In this document: positions 35,938 to 38,823 of the stretch, in pieces
Layout of the letters: the number at the start of each line of letters is the position of its first letter
Position numbering within the stretch: position 1 is the stretch's first letter
Source: Escherichia phage YZ1
Sequence record: NC_047927.1
Direction: 5' to 3' (one strand)
DNA length: 38,823 bases
Translations under genes and position numbers: made by a program
The notes under the pieces: model-generated
The model's input: only the letters and a program-made list of their open reading frames with translations
What the model was told of the DNA's origin: nothing
Database searches by the model: none

Positions 35938-36370
35938 GAGAGCGGCTCCGTGGTTACTTGCAGCAGTGATGTTTGCTGGTGGCTACCACACCGCTAACAA
36001 TAAGTGGGAGGCTAAGGTAAATGCAGAATACACCTCGAATCTTAAGGCATCGGAGGATACAAGACTTGCTGTCCAAGCTGAAGTCAACAAAGTGTCCAAA
36101 CGGTTCCAGGACGAAATGTCCTCGTTGGAAGGCAGCACTGATAGGATTATTGCTGACCTTAAGTCTGACAATAAGCGGCTGCTCATCCGAGTCAAACCAA
36201 CGAGTGGAACCACGCAAAGTGACGGTCGATGCGTCATTGATGGTAGAGCCGAACTTGACGAACGAGATGCTAAACGTCTTATCGCCATCGGAGTGAAAGG
36301 AGACAAGTGGATTAAGGCCCTTCAAGACACTGTGAGAGCCTTACAGCAAGAGAAGGAGGTGAAACCTTGA
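35918..36370 (+). CDS. Rz-like i-spanin (T7 gene 18.5 homolog, 150 aa; start may be the second ATG at 35930)
   Basis: N-terminal TM segment, then [18 protein letters not shown] ... [16 protein letters not shown] ... [17 protein letters not shown], colinear with T7 gp18.5. Confidence 0.85.
   Translation: MVFQMFKRAAPWLLAAVMFAGGYHTANNKWEAKVNAEYTSNLKASEDTRLAVQAEVNKVSKRFQDEMSSLEGSTDRIIADLKSDNKRLLIRVKPTSGTTQSDGRCVIDGRAELDERDAKRLIAIGVKGDKWIKALQDTVRALQQEKEVKP
36021..36296 (+). CDS. Rz1-like o-spanin lipoprotein embedded in the +1 frame of Rz (T7 gene 18.7 homolog, 91 aa)
   Basis: [21 protein letters not shown] with lipobox cysteine, then [18 protein letters not shown], matching T7 gp18.7 as remembered; wholly inside the Rz ORF. 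Confidence 0.7.
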   Translation: MQNTPRILRHRRIQDLLSKLKSTKCPNGSRTKCPRWKAALIGLLLTLSLTISGCSSESNQRVEPRKVTVDASLMVEPNLTNEMLNVLSPSE

Positions 36371-38130
36371 GTAAAGACTTAGTGGCGCGTCAGGCGCTAA
36401 TGACAGCACGTATGAAGGAAGACTTCGTGTTCTTCCTGTTCGTCCTGTGGAAAGCTCTGTCACTCCCGGTCCCGACTCGCTGTCAGATTGACATGGCGAA
36501 GAAACTATCGGCTGGTGACAACAGGCGTTTCATCCTACAGGCGTTCCGTGGTATCGGGAAGTCCTTCATTACGTGTGCATTCGTGGTCTGGAAACTATGG
36601 AACAACCCAGACCTGAAGTTCATGATTGTGTCGGCCTCAAAGGAACGAGCCGATGCGAACTCCATCTTCATCAAGCGAATCATCGACCTCATGCCTCAGC
36701 TTCAGGAACTCAAACCTAAGCAGGGACAGCGAGATGCGGTTATCAGCTTCGACGTTGGGCCAGCCAAACCAGACCACTCACCCTCGGTTAAGTCCGTTGG
36801 TATCACTGGTCAGTTGACTGGTAGTCGTGCTGACATCCTGATTGCCGATGACGTGGAGGTTCCGAACAACTCAGCGACTCAGTCTGCACGAGACCGTCTG
36901 TCAGAGCTTGTGAAAGAGTTCGACGCTATCCTGAAGCCGGGAGGTACAATCATCTATCTGGGTACTCCTCAGAACGAGATGACCTTGTATCGTGAGCTGG
37001 AAGGCCGTGGATACACCACTACCATCTGGCCTGCTCGTTATCCACGCGACAGGAAGGACTGGCAGTCTTACGGCGACCGTCTGGCACCGATGCTTCAGGC
37101 AGAGCTTGAAGATGACCCTGAGTCCTTCTACTGGCGTCCGACCGATGAAGTACGATTCGATGATACGGACCTGAAGGAACGTGAGCTGTCCTATGGTAAA
37201 GCTGGCTTCTCTCTACAGTTCATGCTTAACCCTAACCTGAGTGATGCTGAGAAGTACCCTCTGAAGCTCCGTGACCTTATCGTAGCCGACTTGGACCCAG
37301 CGTCTAGCCCAATGGTATACCAATGGCTTCCTAACCCTCAGAACAAGCGTGAGGACGTTCCTAACGTTGGACTCATGGGTGACTCATACCACACGTATCA
37401 GACTGTAGGTTCTGCCTTCAGTTCGTACACCCAGAAGATTCTAGTCATTGACCCTAGTGGTCGTGGTAAGGATGAAACTGGTTATGCGGTACTGTACCAG
37501 CTCAACGGCTACATCTTCGCTATGGAAGTTGGCGGTATGCGAGGTGGCTATGAAGACTCTACGCTGGAAGCCTTGGCTAAGATTGGTCGTAAGTGGAAGG
37601 TCAACGAATACGTCATTGAGGGTAACTTCGGTGATGGTATGTACCTTGAGCTATTCAAGCCTGTAGCTTCCCGTATTCATCCTGCTGCTGTAACTGAAGT
37701 GAAGAGTAAGGGTCAGAAGGAACTCCGCATCTGTGACGTTCTGGAGCCTATCATGGGGTCTCACCGACTTATCGTTAACGCTGCTGCTATCGTCCAAGAT
37801 TACCAGTCTGCCTCTGATAAGGATGGTGTTCGTAATCCTATCTACTCTCTCTTCTACCAGATGACACGCATCTCTCGTGAACGTGGAGCATTGGCACACG
37901 ATGACCGACTTGATGCGCTGGCTATCGGTGTACAGTTCTTCGTTGAGTCTATGGCGAAGGATGCCAACAAAGGCGAACGTGAAGTCACTGAGGAGTGGCT
38001 GGAGGAACAGATGGAGAACCCACGGAAAGGCTTCGAGTCCATCCGCACTGAGTTCTGGGACAATGGGGTCCGGGTAACTCACGATACGGACGACGAGCTG
38101 GGGCTAGGGTCCTACGTTACGTTCCACTAG
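36367..38130 (+). CDS. Large terminase subunit / DNA maturase B (T7 gene 19 homolog, 587 aa; apparent TTG start)
   Basis: Colinear near-identity with T7 gp19 ([41 protein letters not shown] Walker [76 protein letters not shown]). TTG at 36367 has AAGGAGG 7 nt upstream; the first ATG is 11 codons in. Confidence 0.95.
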   Translation: MSKDLVARQALMTARMKEDFVFFLFVLWKALSLPVPTRCQIDMAKKLSAGDNRRFILQAFRGIGKSFITCAFVVWKLWNNPDLKFMIVSASKERADANSIFIKRIIDLMPQLQELKPKQGQRDAVISFDVGPAKPDHSPSVKSVGITGQLTGSRADILIADDVEVPNNSATQSARDRLSELVKEFDAILKPGGTIIYLGTPQNEMTLYRELEGRGYTTTIWPARYPRDRKDWQSYGDRLAPMLQAELEDDPESFYWRPTDEVRFDDTDLKERELSYGKAGFSLQFMLNPNLSDAEKYPLKLRDLIVADLDPASSPMVYQWLPNPQNKREDVPNVGLMGDSYHTYQTVGSAFSSYTQKILVIDPSGRGKDETGYAVLYQLNGYIFAMEVGGMRGGYEDSTLEALAKIGRKWKVNEYVIEGNFGDGMYLELFKPVASRIHPAAVTEVKSKGQKELRICDVLEPIMGSHRLIVNAAAIVQDYQSASDKDGVRNPIYSLFYQMTRISRERGALAHDDRLDALAIGVQFFVESMAKDANKGEREVTEEWLEEQMENPRKGFESIRTEFWDNGVRVTHDTDDELGLGSYVTFH

Positions 38131-38224
38131 CTGAATGAATAACTATAGGCGAAAACTGAATTAATACGCAGTTAGTAACCTATAGTTACTACCAGTCTAA
38201 CCTACTGTTTTATAAGGAGTTTGG

Positions 38225-38247
38225 ACTTAACTATCACTATAGGAAGA
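38225..38247 (+). promoter_or_regulatory. Phage RNAP promoter near the right end (T7 phiOR position)
   Basis: ACTTAACTATCACTATAGGAAGAC, predicted +1 G at 38242. Confidence 0.7.
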
Positions 38248-38426
38248 CTCCCGGTTACTTATAGTATTACTGTAGTGAATATACATATGCAGACTTTATG
38301 CAAGACCTTAGGAGGAAGACTCCGAGTTCTTACCTAAGGCTTGCACCGATGGAAGGAGGGTGATATTAATCATAATCCCTCCAATACAGATAGTCACCGA
38401 CCATAGATACAGGAGGTATGTAGCAT

Positions 38427-38585
38427 ATGGCAAAGACCAAAGCTGTACTTAAAGCTCTGGCGACCAATCGAGCTACATACAGGTTTCTTGCTGCTGTTCT
38501 ACTTGCTGCTGGCGTTACTGCTGGAAGTAAGTGGGTCGGGTGGGTCGAGACTCTCGTATGTTCTCTGGTGTCTCAGTGTAATTAA
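38427..38585 (+). CDS. Hypothetical small membrane protein (52 aa; T7 gene 19.5 position)
   Basis: Not in the ORF track. AGGAGG upstream of ATG 38427; hydrophobic stretch FLAAVLLAAGVTAG. Confidence 0.4.
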   Translation: MAKTKAVLKALATNRATYRFLAAVLLAAGVTAGSKWVGWVETLVCSLVSQCN

Positions 38586-38618
38586 CGCAATCATGGTAAC
38601 GATTCATGAGCGGAAGAC

Positions 38619-38661
38619 CTAAGGTCAGTACGTGGATAAAGACTCACTCTACTGACCTTAG
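38619..38661 (+). repeat. Perfect 12-bp inverted repeat (CTAAGGTCAGTA / TACTGACCTTAG) with a 19-nt loop near the right end
   Basis: Direct reading; the arms are exact reverse complements. Confidence 0.7.
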
Positions 38662-38748
38662 CTACTGTAGTCAAGGACTTTAGGTAACACCTTAATAGAA
38701 GCTCACTTAGGGTCATCCTACTTATTGGTCTATCCTAGTGTCGCCTGA

Positions 38749-38786
38749 CCTACGGTCCTTGACCTACAGTAGCTGCCACCTACGGT
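38749..38786. repeat. Right-end array of three CCTAC(A/G)GT octamers
   Basis: CCTACGGT at 38749, CCTACAGT at 38763, CCTACGGT at 38779; same octamer family as the left-end array at 218-302. Confidence 0.75.
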
Positions 38787-38823
38787 CACTCGATGAGTTT
38801 TGGACCAAAAGTTTGAGACCACA

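Noticed and set aside
36021-36296. Treating the ORF inside Rz as a spurious overlapping frame
   Set aside because: It encodes a lipobox (LTISGC) and a conserved C-terminal segment typical of Rz1 o-spanins, which are characteristically embedded in Rz; kept as a feature.
38141-38160. AACTATAGGCG, a partial phage-promoter core after the terminase gene
   Set aside because: Only the -5 to +2 core matches; the -17 to -8 region does not fit the consensus shared by the 11 accepted promoters.

Overview
This window is a near-complete, colinear genome of a T7-like podophage (Autographiviridae, T7/T3-type organisation), with every convincing gene on the + strand. Left to right: a non-coding left end with CCTACAGT repeat arrays and a host sigma70-type early promoter; early genes including a gp0.7-like kinase-domain protein; the single-subunit RNA polymerase; DNA metabolism genes (ligase, host-RNAP inhibitor Gp2, SSB, endonuclease I, amidase/lysozyme, primase-helicase, DNA polymerase, exonuclease); structural genes (portal, scaffold, capsid with a -1 frameshift extension, tail tubular A/B, internal virion proteins, a 972-aa tailspike); and holin, small terminase, Rz/Rz1 spanins and large terminase. 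I found 11 phage-RNAP promoters sharing the core TAAACTATCACTATAGG(G/A), a T-phi-like terminator after the capsid gene, and three copies of a conserved hairpin at the positions of T7 RNase III sites R1.1, R4.7 and R18.5. The most unusual elements are accessory insertions in the conserved backbone: a putative nuclease ORF with no ATG start just after the DNA polymerase, a 149-aa acidic protein in the gp5.9 (RecBCD inhibitor) slot, an HNH endonuclease between small terminase and Rz, and a tailspike whose C-terminus carries an auto-cleaving chaperone-like SDERLK motif. All homology calls rest on reading the translations against remembered T7 proteins and motifs; no database search was run. I found no tRNA genes, CRISPR arrays or integrase.
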